Assembly (NCBI GenBank): GCA_030141605.1
Contig: JAQGDQ010000004.1
Span: 434,001-498,000 of the forward strand
DNA: 64,000 bases
Origin: Tubiluchus corallicola
Taxonomy: Eukaryota > Animalia > Priapulida
Direction: 5' to 3'
The notes below the pieces were generated by a model. That model ran no database searches. It had not been told where the DNA came from and saw nothing but the letters and a program-made list of their open reading frames with translations. Below, piece by piece: positions 27,457 through 40,590 of this stretch; within the stretch, counting starts at the first letter, position 1, and the number at the start of each line of letters is the position of its first letter. The position numbers and the translations under genes are program-made.

Positions 27457-30400
27457 CTAAGACTTATAGTCATATAGCTCATCCGGGTCTAAAATTTCAA
27501 AATCAGTTATTTCTGATCCCGCAGATTCTGACCTGTCTAAAGAGGGGGGCAGAACCCGCTGTTGGGCCAAATGATCTTGAGCAGCCTGTATAGCAGCTGA
27601 AACTAATGTTCCACCAACTTGCTGTAAACCGGCAACAGTACTAGACATTGCATTAGTTATTGCTGCAGTGATTGCCTCGGCCCGACGAGAGTCCTCTTCA
27701 GTAACTGAAGTAGGATCAAACTCACCGCTGGAGTCAAGCATTTCATGTGTAGCAGGTAATTTCAGGTTTTCTGCAAACTCATCATGACCTGAATCATCTG
27801 AATCATCAAAATGTGACGGTACTAAATCCATTTCTTGAATAGTAGATGATATAGTCTTCCCGGTTAAAGTATCATCGTGACCGGGTGGTCGATCATCTAT
27901 CTGTTCAGCCTGAACATCTGTATCAAAAATATTGGATCCAAATTCCGAACTTGGATTTGATTCTAGCACAGATGGCGGTTGAGTTCTTAATAAAAATTCG
28001 TCTGACATAAAACTTTCTTGTTCATGAATAGATGGAAATTCACCCAAGCCCTCAATAAATTCATCTTCATGATCACTGTGGCTATCTGAAGAATATATAC
28101 ACTTTAGTAATTATTTAATTTCTTTAAGAATGTTTTGAATGGATATCACATGGATATAGCAAGGATATTAAAAATAACATTATTCTTTATTTAATCAGTC
28201 ACTCTAGTTCACATTTCATCTTTAAAAATATAAATCAACAAAATTCTTAAAAATGGTTTCTGCCTTCGAAAACTCCAGCAACCGCACCCTTGCCAATTAA
28301 TGATCATACGTACTGCAAATAACATTATTTCAAATATTAAAAGAAATGTTTTTTATTATTAAAGACACGAAAATTAAATGCTCTTTCTCCTAGTTTTTCT
28401 AGTTTTTGTGTGTTTATTTTGCTGTTTTGACACCATTAGTTGCAGTTTTCGGTGCTACAAATATTGTTTTAATAATAGTAGAATTAAAGTGTGTTAGAAA
28501 TGAAAGAAGTGCGAAATAATTTATTTGTATAAATAATATGCATTTTCAACTTATATAGTTTTAATGAATTTAGATCAATACTTTCCCATACCATGTTCAC
28601 CTGGTAGCCCAGGTGTTAACATCCCAGGTGTAAGTTGTTCAGGAGAAGGGCTTGGTTCCTCTTCACTATCTGTAACTGCTCGAGCAAGAGCAGCAATCGT
28701 CAAGGGATCACTCGATGGTGCAAACTCATCGTCGCTTTCAGTTTCAACCTCATTTCCATTGTTTTCAACAGGCTTGTCTTTTGCTGAAACACATAATGTA
28801 CCATGAAGTTACATTTAATACAATGTGATGCTACAACACAACAATACAATGGTTATGTCATAACTTTAGTGAAATACACAAACTAGTCAACCTTTATATA
28901 TAAGATTATCAAAATCACGTTACTAGGCCTATACAATAATAAGAATTAATATATTACCATACATACTTTATTAAAATAAATAACGACCAATTATTAGATA
29001 CTGCATCACTTTCTCATTATAAGATAATTGGGACTTCAAATAAATGCATTTTCATTAGCACATCATGTCACAACATCCTCATGAAGTAGTCCTGCCACTG
29101 AGTGTTGGCTCCAGCTTGCAGAGTGCTAAACTTTATAAAAATTATAAACATACACACGTGCCATCTGGCAATAACATCTGTAAATAAGCTAATAAGCTTT
29201 ATTTGCAACATCTAATCCATCTAGAAATAAAGCGCAATGGTATGTGGAATGGTATTTGCAAAATTCAAATAGTACCTTTTTTAGATGATGTCCATGATCT
29301 AATTTTCATCCTGTAGTCAAGTCGCATGAAAACTGGTTCCAGTTTTGTGTAAAATTTTTGAAGTAAGCTGTGGTATTCAACAGCTGGCGACAGCAAAATT
29401 CCCATCACTACAGAAAAAAAGTGATTTACACATAATTTTCTGGTGGTACATATAAGTACAAATTTAAGTATAAGGACTGAACTACTAGTAACAGTTCCAA
29501 AAAGCTGACAGTAAAATTAACTTGCCTTATAGAAACAAAAGAATTTGTTACACCAGCATGACATAACCAGGTTTGTTATACAGAATTTATCACAAATCCT
29601 TCACTAATTTGATTTTCCATTTTGTAGGTAGCTACCAGCTAATGTTGCATATATTGTGGTAACCTTTAAACTCTTTTTTAGTCTACATTGAAAATAAGAT
29701 GCAGTAATTTAAAATTTGTTTTCGTTTACTACCATGCTGACTCTGAAGGTATAAGATCACTGCATAGTATACATGGAGATCACAGAGTAAAATCATGAAG
29801 GCAAGTTTGATGCCACCAAATATATCATGAATTGTGGACACAACATTACACAATATTGTCATTTATTTCCTTGCATAATAGCTGTTTTAATAAATTTTTA
29901 AAAAATAAATAAGGAGGAACTTTTGAAAAGTCACAAAAGTCAAAGTTTATTTGCCTAATACAATCAAAGATAGACCAAGGATTCTACCACCAAATGTCAA
30001 TGCAATTTAACATTGACAAAACATCAAAACCATGCTACTCAAGGAAGCAGCTTATCTTTAATTCATTTGCAACAAGTAAATAATACATTACCAAGTACAT
30101 AAAGAATCATGACTCCAGGTAGATAGTGGCCTATAACTGCCAGGCAAACAAACACAGCAGACAACAGTAAACAAAACTGAAAAATGATTTTGGAAACATG
30201 TAAAGGCATTGTATTTTCATTTGGCTGTATACCTGTAACTCCTAGTCTAACAATCTACACTGTTTTATAAGCTGTTAAAAACACTTGCATCATCGTTGAT
30301 TATTCTTGCGCTACTGAGTTTGCACCTGTACACGTGGCATAAATGATGTTGCTATTTATAGCTTTCAATAGAACTATCAAGTAGCAAGCACACAATATTT

Positions 30401-33400
30401 GGTTAACCTATTCAACTTGATCTATAAAAATATCAGGTTATTTTACATAAAAGTTTGCATAGTGAAAACTGTAATTTTTATATTGATATTTAAAAGTCAA
30501 CTAGAATGCAATATAATGAATTATAACATCTTGTAAAAGTTAAGTACAATTGTAAAGCAAAACACATAAAATGCAAATTTGGGCCAAGATAATAGCTGAA
30601 TGGCAACAGTGCATGTTCAGTAACCGAAGTAAGACAACACTCAGCTTGGTCAGTAAGTTGATGGGTGACTATTGGGATAACTGCATGCGAGTGGCTTTAT
30701 CTGCCATATTATATCTGTCAGATAATATTTACCTCATTGAAGGAGAATGTATAAGGATTGGCTAACACATCGCTTCCAGTTTAGTGTCCTATTTTAGAAG
30801 GTTGTCTTTGATAAACAGCTAAACTCTGATTGGTCCCACCACAATCATCTAAGTTAAACAGGTTCTACCAGCAAATGCTAGTTCTCTGCTTGCAAAGTGC
30901 CAAAATATGTAAAAAAAGCATTTCAAGACCTGAAGCAGTCATTTTCCGAAAAACAATAATCTGATACTATTACCCGGAATGGTTTTTCTTTTCTCATTTT
31001 CCACATTCCTGTGCACGAGTTATTGATCCTGGTTAGAATTTCTGCTAATGAATGGCTCAGTTCAGGTCCACTAAGTAACCTTGGGTGTACAGGAGTCCAG
31101 CTATAATGAAACACATGAAAATATAAATAGGCACTGCCATTCAGTAGCATTATCCAACAAACCAACAGGCACAATTCATATAAAAACTCACTACTGCAAG
31201 AAAAAAGTGGTGTTGTCAGGGGCAATGTCAAAGTGATGAATGATGTATGGTCAACAACAACCACTTGCAAAAAATGTGTAGTGACTGTTGCTTTTATGGG
31301 CTAGCAGAAAAATTAGAACTGAGACTTAGAAACAAAAATTCTTCAAAAAATTTAAAAAAAGACGTGATGCATTTGAAATTTAAATCAAATGCAATTGCTT
31401 AGCAAAAGTAAAAAAAATTATAAATTGTTCAATGTGTTTTGTGACACTCTACTTTAATTGCAAAACGAAACAAAACTTTTACAAACACTATTTCTTTAAT
31501 TTAATATTTATTTGTTTTCAGCAACTTTATTTCAAACTAATGTCAATGATTAAGTAGTATACATTTCAGGAGTCGATGTCCTACAGCATCAATTTACATT
31601 AATATTATATTGCCAATATCTAGTCCTATTGTCCTTATAAGGTCCTATACCTTATAATTGTCCTATACAGGTCAGTTTTTAGTATAAAATTCTAACTATT
31701 TAATATCGAAAAGAAACTATATGGTTCTAAATTACACAGCAATGTTTTAACACCTGTGTAGAAACACGACACTGCTTCTGTGTTTATTTGCTAAATATCT
31801 TATCTAAATATCTTAATAAGACACTAATACTATTATTAATACCTACTAAATTCTTTTATTTCTGCACTTTCTTAAAATGGTTGTCATCATTTATTATTCA
31901 AGCTGTTTCTCAAATACTTCTTTTTTCAAACACCATAGCATATTCTGTCTCACAGTAATGCTTAGTGTATTAAAATGGTAAATTTCAGCAATATATTCCA
32001 GCACAACTATTATTTGCTAAGCACATAATTTGTAATATCAATTACGAAGTCCTAGCAAATGCAGTGGCAACTAGTTCAGTGCTAAATTAAGTTCAGTGCA
32101 CGGAAAACGACCCCTCTTGAGAAACGCAGAATTTCTCTTCATTGGAAGCAGTCCAAGGGGCTAATGCTGGCACAACAAACACGAAGTCACAGAGGCTTTC
32201 ATTGCAAAGTAGGATCTCATTCACGTGATATTTGTGGAATCTTTGTATTTCATAAATGCGGGAGGTTTATGGCCTAAAAACGTGGACTTCTTTGTGTAAC
32301 TAGCATGTACTACACTCTCAAATATGTTTAGTGAGCAAGAGCACTTGGCTATTCTAGTTTGTAAAAATAGTAACTGAATGTAACAAGTCCGTAACCTTGC
32401 TAACTGGATATAAATTTAATGTTTCTGTATTGATTCGTTTACCCAAATGTATATATTCAGATAAATGTATGTCTCAAAAACATGGTAACAATTAAGTTCA
32501 TGTGATATAGTTATTACTAAAAAGTAACAGCTGTCAGCTGTTGTTTTACTGTTGACTTGAACTGTATATAAAGAAAATTAACCAGTAATATGGAAGCAAG
32601 TTCAAGGCTGAGAATCTTTGACATCTGCCAACACAGGAGAATGTCGAAAAGTAAACTGTGGTTCAAAACACCATATTTGACAGTATTGGGAACAACAACG
32701 CAAGCAAATGTACCACTTAATAGTTTATCTCCATGCCACATTTTCACATCAACTTTCAGTGCAAAGCTACTCTTCTCGTTGGTTCCTTTGAAGTAGCATT
32801 ACATGAGGTAGAGCAGAAGACAACCTCATAATAGATACTTGATGCTGAATAGAATGATTTGAATTGTCAGAGCTTTAAGCTGGCTAATCAAACTATGTAT
32901 TACAATGTTAGTAAAAATCATTAAGCCACGAACAACTTGTAAAAGTACAAACTTACGTGTCACTGTCTTCAGGAACAGGAACTGCAAAACGAAAGAGATT
33001 AATATCATAATTTGCTTTCTAAAACAGACTTAAACTCAAAGCAAAATATTCACGACCACTTGCAATGTTACCAAATGTAAAAATTAATGCTATTACACCA
33101 ATGAAGCATTAAAATTAGTAGCCAGTTTTGGCACATTTCATTGAACCAGTTGCTCAGGTAAGGATAAAATAGAGGCTTTAACTGAGTCAATAACTTAATG
33201 TGCTCTCTAACATAAACTCAAACTCAAAGTAAAATATGCAAGTCTACCTAGATTGCCGAATGTACCAATTAACGTTGTTAAGCCAATAAAGCATTGAAAT
33301 CAGAAACCAGTTTTGATACGTTTCATTGAACCAATTGCTTGGGCAATGGCACAATAGAGGTTTTGATTGAGTCAATAACTTAGCAGAAATTAAAAAAATA

Positions 33401-36400
33401 ATAATACAGTACTGTGTCCGTTAACGATATACAACAGCCCAGCCAATGACCTATACATCAATACATGTGCTCTTTTACAAAAAAACATTATTCATGCTCA
33501 CTTTAAAATAAAATTATTTTGAGTTTCAAACATTGAAAACTATGAAAGAAGTATTTTGGAGTCACATTTCTTATGGGCCAGAAATCAAGCCCAATTTTGT
33601 AAATAACACAGTAAGTGCAAAGAAAAACTGGTCTTACATTAAAAGAAGGTGACCACTTTGCAGGAGCAGCATAATAGAGGAATTACTGTATTCCAGTTGC
33701 CCATATTATTGTGTTATAACAATTGCCTTTTTAGTTTAGGCCAAGTCTGACAATGTTAGCATGCAAATTTCACAGTTGGCAACTTGAGCAAAATATTTGG
33801 AAAATAATAAGTTACTATTATTATTCAGTAAGATCACCAAACACACAAAGATATCAGATTTTGTTATAGCAGTTGGCAAAATCGGAAAAAATGCATACCT
33901 TTGATTTCAGGCCAAATTTTATTGACCCAGGTGTCAATAAAGAATATAACCATAGCTGTTGTCGATGCCAAGAAGAGAAATTTGTAGTTACTGGAAGTAG
34001 ACAACCTGCAAAATTAATCAAACACAATTATATTTTAATTTACCACTCTTATCATTATATGAAAAATTAAACATATTAAAGCCTGAAAAAATGTTATGCT
34101 CAACTAATATAAGTCTGTAACCCATCCTTGTGCTCTTTCCATGTAAATATTGTTATTGCTAAAGACAGGGTTTTACGTGGTACATGGCAACTATCCAAAA
34201 ATTTCAAAAGGCCAACAGTAGTCAAATATGCTCCAAAAAAGTACCCCAAAACACTTGCAAAACATTTGCCCGGGGCGCTTTCACGATAATCACCAAAAAG
34301 TCACTGGCTTCAGCAATAAATTTGAAAATGTTTAAGGTTTGTCGCGAAAGTCACAAAACTCGTCACCTTGTCAAAAGAGCTCCAAAATGTTGCTGAATAT
34401 GTGGAAAACCTGTGGAAATGTTTTGCAAATTATTCACCAACAATTTGAAAATCTGCAAAAACTTGGAGAAGATTTTTAAGCGGCAAACACTTTGAGCTAC
34501 TTTTGAGAATGCTGCAAGAACACTGAAACAATTTTTCAACATTCTGGTGACATTTTGTAGAATTTCAACTGTCCTGCACGTCTTTCCACGAAATGGTCAT
34601 GAAATTACCGCAGTATAATTGCTCGAATAACATGCATCATCCACCATGTCGTAAAAATTACCAAATGTGCACAAACTTGTCATATGACATTCACGTGGTT
34701 TTCGCTTGAAAAAAAGGCATCAAATTCACAAAAATGTGACGAAAGTCATGCAAAATATTTAGAATTACGCAAAGATTGCGACAAAGACACAAAAAACGCG
34801 GCCAGTGGCTTACCTAACATATGGAAAATGCTTAATAGTCTCAGTTAACAAATTTGGTATTGTAAGCTGAGCTACTAAAAGCACTAAATAAATAAGACAG
34901 TTGAATGTCAGTGATAATTACAATATTCCAGTCATAACAAAATGTTCGCAGATAACAAATTCACTAGACAGTCTAAGAGATCATGCAACTAAGACAGTGA
35001 CATCCAACCGTCCAGGCATTTGTTCACTGATTTGGGATGCACAATACACATGTCATGGGTGCTTTTATCCATGATTCACAATAATTCTGAACAAAAAACT
35101 GCTGCAACACATAACTTAATTACAGTGTTAGGGTTCAGCAAATCAATAATGTATGTGAATATTACAACAAACAGCCCTAGAATTGTGTTCTGCACATTAC
35201 AAAGTCAATTTATACTATAACGAAGATGATAAAATTGTGATAAAATTAAATTACAAAAATGTGTTTTCTCCACTTTCATCATTCAAAGAGAGCAACAACA
35301 TGCTGCCAAAATTTAAATTATCCAGTCTCAAATATTTTAGGCAGCCTTGACCTAGAATTCCAACCTAAATTTAAATGATTAGGCATGTGGCATCTGATAC
35401 ATCTTTCACCAGATCACATGCTGCAATGACATGGAAAGAGTGTAGTACCAACCAAAAGATGTACTGCTACACCTTTTCAGTGTCTAAATTGAAAATGCAG
35501 TGAAAAACAAAAATTTCTGCAGTATTGCCCCACCCCCATCAACCACATTATAAGCCTTATAATGACTATTAATGTTACAAGGCAGGGCTGTGATTCTAAC
35601 TGTGGTACTACTACTGTGATTCCTCTTCAGTTTTACTAGTGCAATGAGAACTTGTAAAAAAATACTATGATATACAACTTCTGTAATACATATTACAACA
35701 AAGACATAAATTTATCTAAGTCTAAGAATGGTAAGAGCTCAAAATACAAGACTATGAATAAGAACTCATTATGCTAGGATAGAAGTTTAACAAAGTTTAT
35801 TCTAGAAGTAATAAAAACAAAATAATAAAGCCCACCTTAATTGGTAAAGCAATTGGCATTACATTTAAAATCACATATAAACTTACAAGCACATTTCCAT
35901 TTTTCATTAGCATTTAGGATTGCCAGAAACTATACTTCCAGGGCACCCACTTAATTTTTGCTTTTTTAATTCTAGATATTCTAACTTACTAACAGCATAA
36001 ATGCAAATATAATACACAGGAAAATATAAACGAAATTGTATAATAATAATAATCATCATTTAACATGTCTGCATTGATCAACTTAAGCAGGAAGAAAAGC
36101 AAATGAGCATGCAAAATGCAAAGTGAATTATTTTTAAATTTTAACAAAATGTACACCAGGCTTTTATATACCTCGTGCTAAATTTACAGAGAAAATGAAA
36201 CAAACAAAAGCCCATAGGACATATACTCAGAAAATCTAGTAAAATACAAGCACATGAATGGTGTTATAAACTGATCTGTTTATTTTCAGAAATCTCCAGT
36301 AGTAGCTTTTATATATCGTGTGCTAATTTTACAGAGAAAGTGAAACAAACAAAAGCTCATGGGACATATACTCAGAAAATTTAATAAAATACAAGCACAT

Positions 36401-38434
36401 GAATGGTGTTATAAACTGATGAGTTTATTTTCAGAAATCTCCAGTAGTAGAGCAGGGTTAGTCAGGGTTTCTCATTACCAAACCCATCAGAAATCAGCCA
36501 GTATCATTACTCCTTGATACCAATTACAAGTAAATTATTTTGTTACAGAAACTGATGATGATACAAGCTACCTGTGAATAGAACTGTTAGCTAGTTCCAA
36601 ATTTAACTAAACATAGTTAGCAAATTAGCTAGTTCTACATTTTAATTTGCATACATTTAGGTCAAGGCTAAGGGCAAACCTTTTTTGGTAAGACTAGAAC
36701 TCTCTTGGGCCAAGAACAGCTCAAGTATAGGTACTGTGGAACTGCAGCACCACCTGTAGAATCACTCAGTATAATCAATAATATTCAATATAAGTCTTTT
36801 TTCTTTAGTTCTTTCTTTATGCTTGTACAGAACCAGAACATGAGAGGGTAGTACTGTTTGTTTCACAGCCCACAATGTGGTATTTCGCTGTTGTGTGCAT
36901 GCAGAAAATACACACATGACTGATATAAGACGCTGTATGCTGCACTGCTAGCGTCTGCTGCTTGAGAGAATTGTCGCTCACACAGTTTGAAGTCAGTTGT
37001 CACATGCTTACTGTGTACATCATATTTGTGGATGTGATGAAGTGTAGACTCGACGTGTGTGCTTAAAATATAAATAATTTAATTATGGCCATCTTGCATC
37101 CCCAAGAAATAAGTTCTGTGACTGTAAGTGAACTTTGGCAGCTTAACATTTCACAGTCGTCTCTCCATGAGAAAGCTACAGTTAAGAAAGAGGCTGTTCA
37201 ACACCTGGAGTTTCAAATATCTCAACCAGAAACATAGCAACAACAACAAAGTACATTCGTAGTTTTAATTTTAAATGATACTAATGGAAAAGTTGGCTTA
37301 TGTATAAACTTTCGTATGTCTGTTTAAAACTACAATTACAAATTACAACATTAAAATTACGTCTGTTTAATTTTTGTTTCATTTGTACAAATGTTACAAT
37401 ATTGTTTCGTTTTACACAGTATTAAAACAATGGCTAAAAGTTTTCTGAAGCAGCACCCCACTAATTTTAGCTATGAGCCACTATTGCTTGGGACACATCA
37501 AGTACAATATAGTATTATATTTGCTTCATAGTTACATGAGAAATGACATTATTAGAATGAAAGACAAACACTAATTGAGTGAAACTATGTATAGGTGCAC
37601 CACCTAATTGACAGAGGTTTGTGCACAAATGATTCGAAGTGAGCACTGACTACAATAATTTAATTCTAAAAAGCAGAATTTTGCTATTCACCAATTAGCT
37701 GAGTTTTTATCAACTGCTGATGACAAGAATCAACCAGTAAATGAAATATTCCTCACAAATGGGCACTGTTATCCTGGCACACTGCCAATGCAGTAGTTAA
37801 TAGTTTGCTAGACGGCACCTGCTGTAAAATTGGTAGACGTGTGCAACAGAAGGCGGTATTTAAATTCTTAAACAATGTATATCCTATCAACAATAATGCC
37901 CAAATTTTTAATATTGGAATCAGGTAGAATTACAGGCTCAAGCAACAATACGGGTAATTATCGTACCCAGTTACCCTATGGAAACACTGTGGTAACCAGT
38001 ACTTATTAAGAAAAATGTAGCAGGATATCTAATATAAATTAAGAGTTACAGGACTATAATGAAAAACAAAGTGTGACAAAAAAATACATATAGGCTATAA
38101 TAAGTAAATCTATAATACATTTCTCTTTAAACTTTACTCGACTTGCCATCTAAGACAGGAGTCCAACAAGTACCATGATCTTACATCAGTTACAAAACAC
38201 TGTGCAACAAGACAGGAAAAATAAAAGCTCGATTAGGATAAATTATTACATACTCAAAATAAGTGTCATAACTCACCAAAACAAAAAGTTTACTGCAATA
38301 AGCATTGCAATACTGTGACGAGGTTTCTCCCAAACAAGCACTCTTTGAACGTACATTAAAAATGGCTCTAACGGCATAATAACCTTTCTTAATCTTCGTT
38401 CCAGTGTACTCATTACTTCGTCTTTAGCTGCCAT
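27457..38434 (-). CDS. RETREG3: Reticulophagy regulator (FAM134/RETREG family ER-phagy receptor), 8 exons, 484 aa
   Basis: Exons: 38277-38434 (MAAKDEV..VQRVLVWEKP..NFLFW), 33899-34005 (..IDTWVNKIWPEIK), 32957-32981 (25-nt microexon), 30974-31100 (WTPVHPRLLSGPELSH), 30092-30176 (FCLLLSAVFVCLAVIGHYLPG), 29276-29407 (YTKLEPVFMRLDY), 28592-28783 (ALARAVTDSEE), 27457-28085 (acidic tail with LIR DFEILD, TAG stop). Total 1455 nt, open frame. Probably co-orthologous to RETREG1/2/3; the symbol reflects similarity and position next to TUBG. The ATG is followed by a possible acceptor (ggcag), so a slightly different N-terminus is possible. Confidence 0.93.
33032..33382. repeat. Older tandem duplication, 2 units with ~185-bp period
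   Basis: aactcaaag.aaaatat..ccagttttg..tttcattgaacca.ttgct..tgagtcaataactta occurs at 33032-33197 and 33220-33382. Confidence 0.85.
36160..36449. repeat. Tandem duplication, 2 x ~145 bp
   Basis: Units 36160-36304 and 36305-36449 share long identical blocks such as aaatacaagcacatgaatggtgttataaactgat and tttattttcagaaatctccagtagta. Confidence 0.93.
36730..37488 (+). mobile_element. hAT (TTF zinc finger/ZMYM1-like) transposon relic in RETREG intron 1, boundaries approximate
   Basis: Fragments near 37150-37300 (..SLHEK..YIRSFN..KSWL) resemble hAT transposase N-termini. A repeated GCAGCACC motif occurs near both ends. Confidence 0.4.
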
Positions 38435-38773
38435 AACAAACAAACAACCTTACTCAAAGAAACTCATTCATAGCCTTCCACTTATGTTTTATGTTTCTGT
38501 TTATGTTTTAGTCACGGTCATCTTTAGCACAACTGTGAATGATGAAAGAACAGTTGCCTTTTGCACAAATGTGAATGATAAAAGACTGAGATTTAGTCAG
38601 TTGTGTTTTATTACAATCAACATGAACTCGGTAAGACTATTATAGCCGATTACGCGATTGTTAGTTAATAAAATTTAGACATAAATTTAGTGGGCATTCC
38701 TTCACGTATTGAAGGCACAGCACACACACACATACACATTCTCACATAAATTTTGTAAAACAGAGTTACGCAA

Positions 38774-38962
38774 TTGGTTATTGATTCTGGAACTAGAGGA
38801 CATCATTTAAAACTGTTTAAAGAGCAGTCACGTCTTGACATTCGTAGATATTCATTTTCTGTGAGAGTTGTGAATGAATGGAATAATATGCCTGCCACGG
38901 TGATTGCCGTACCAACCACAGTAAAGTTTAAATCCTTAATCGACAATTATTTTGCGGAATAA
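38774..38962 (+). mobile_element. 5'-truncated CR1 LINE 3' fragment
   Basis: TRGHHLKLFKEQSRLDIRRYSFSVRVVNEWNNMP is the characteristic CR1 ORF2 C-terminus. Confidence 0.85.
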
Positions 38963-39573
38963 TATGGGGTTTCTGTGACTTCACTTCTGTGACTGAACCC
39001 CTAAATCATGAGAGTGTGACAGTATAACAGTATGTATGACAGTATAACAGTATGGAAAGCTATAAACTCACTTAAATGTAAAAGAATGATTACCTAAATG
39101 GAACACAATAATACGATATTACGCATTCACAGTATCATTACACCTCCCTTTGCAGGTCAGGAGATTGATCCTATTAAATGCTAACTCTAACTGCTTCTAG
39201 TTTTAATACAATCTGAACAGCAAATGTAGGAAGCTAAATTATCAAACCCTGAACGAAAAATAATGACAAGCAATCATGAGTAATTGAAAACTGCGCAACT
39301 AGCTGAATATCAAAAGAAAGGTCATTTGAAAACACATATTGTTCAACAAAGCAGTAAATAAGATCCGTTAGTCAAAAATTTTGCGCATTTACCAATCACT
39401 CGTATTTATGTCTAATCAAAATCTCAAGAAAAATATGAATTAACAACTCTGTCAAAGTGGGTATGCCAGAAACCTCTTTCGAGTTCTTGATGATCTTGTG
39501 TTACAAACTAAGTATTGTCAGGCAATTTCACCAAAGGAGCATCTTGATGTGGTGATTCTGATATTTCTTTAAC

Positions 39574-39578
39574 AGAGA

Positions 39579-39618
<40 letters not shown>

Positions 39619-39630
39619 AAGAGAGAGAGA
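39574..39630. repeat. (GA)n microsatellite
   Basis: Directly visible, imperfect. Confidence 0.97.
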
Positions 39631-40268
39631 CAGATTCTGTGTGGAATATATTGTTTTCATTTGAAAGTTCTAATCCTAATCTAATGTGAAAAATAAGTCT
39701 TCTATGAGTCAGATTTTTATCATAAGACTTTTCTTATTCCAGCACTAGCAATTTAATTTGATTTAAACTATGTACAACATGCAAAATTGCAATCTCTACT
39801 CCTTAGGTAAAGTTACCAACAAATTTAAAAAGATTTTTACAAAAACTGGCTTAATGAATCCGTGCATCTGCATACTGTGCATAAGAATGTTCGTCCACAT
39901 AAACTTACCAAGAAAATCGTTCCCTAAGAACTTTTAATTAATCCAGCCTCAGCTTCCAGGAATGGTGAAGTAAAATGTATTATGCGTGTGGTTTAAATCA
40001 AGGTTCAGTTACATTTGTTTTTACATTTCCTTCTTTTCTATGAAGTTTGTTTGCAAAATTGAATTGTTATTCTTGAACATGTAGGCTACAATTTAAATAA
40101 TTGGTTCTATTGTAACACAAGTAACAATGAGTACTGCAATTAAATCATGCAATCGTGAATCTAAAAAGGTAGATGAGTGCAAACTAAGTCAGGATTATAT
40201 TTCTTATTGACCCGCAACATTAAGCGTTTGTCTCGAAGAAAATTAATTGTATAATAATAATAAATATT

Positions 40269-40590
<322 letters not shown>

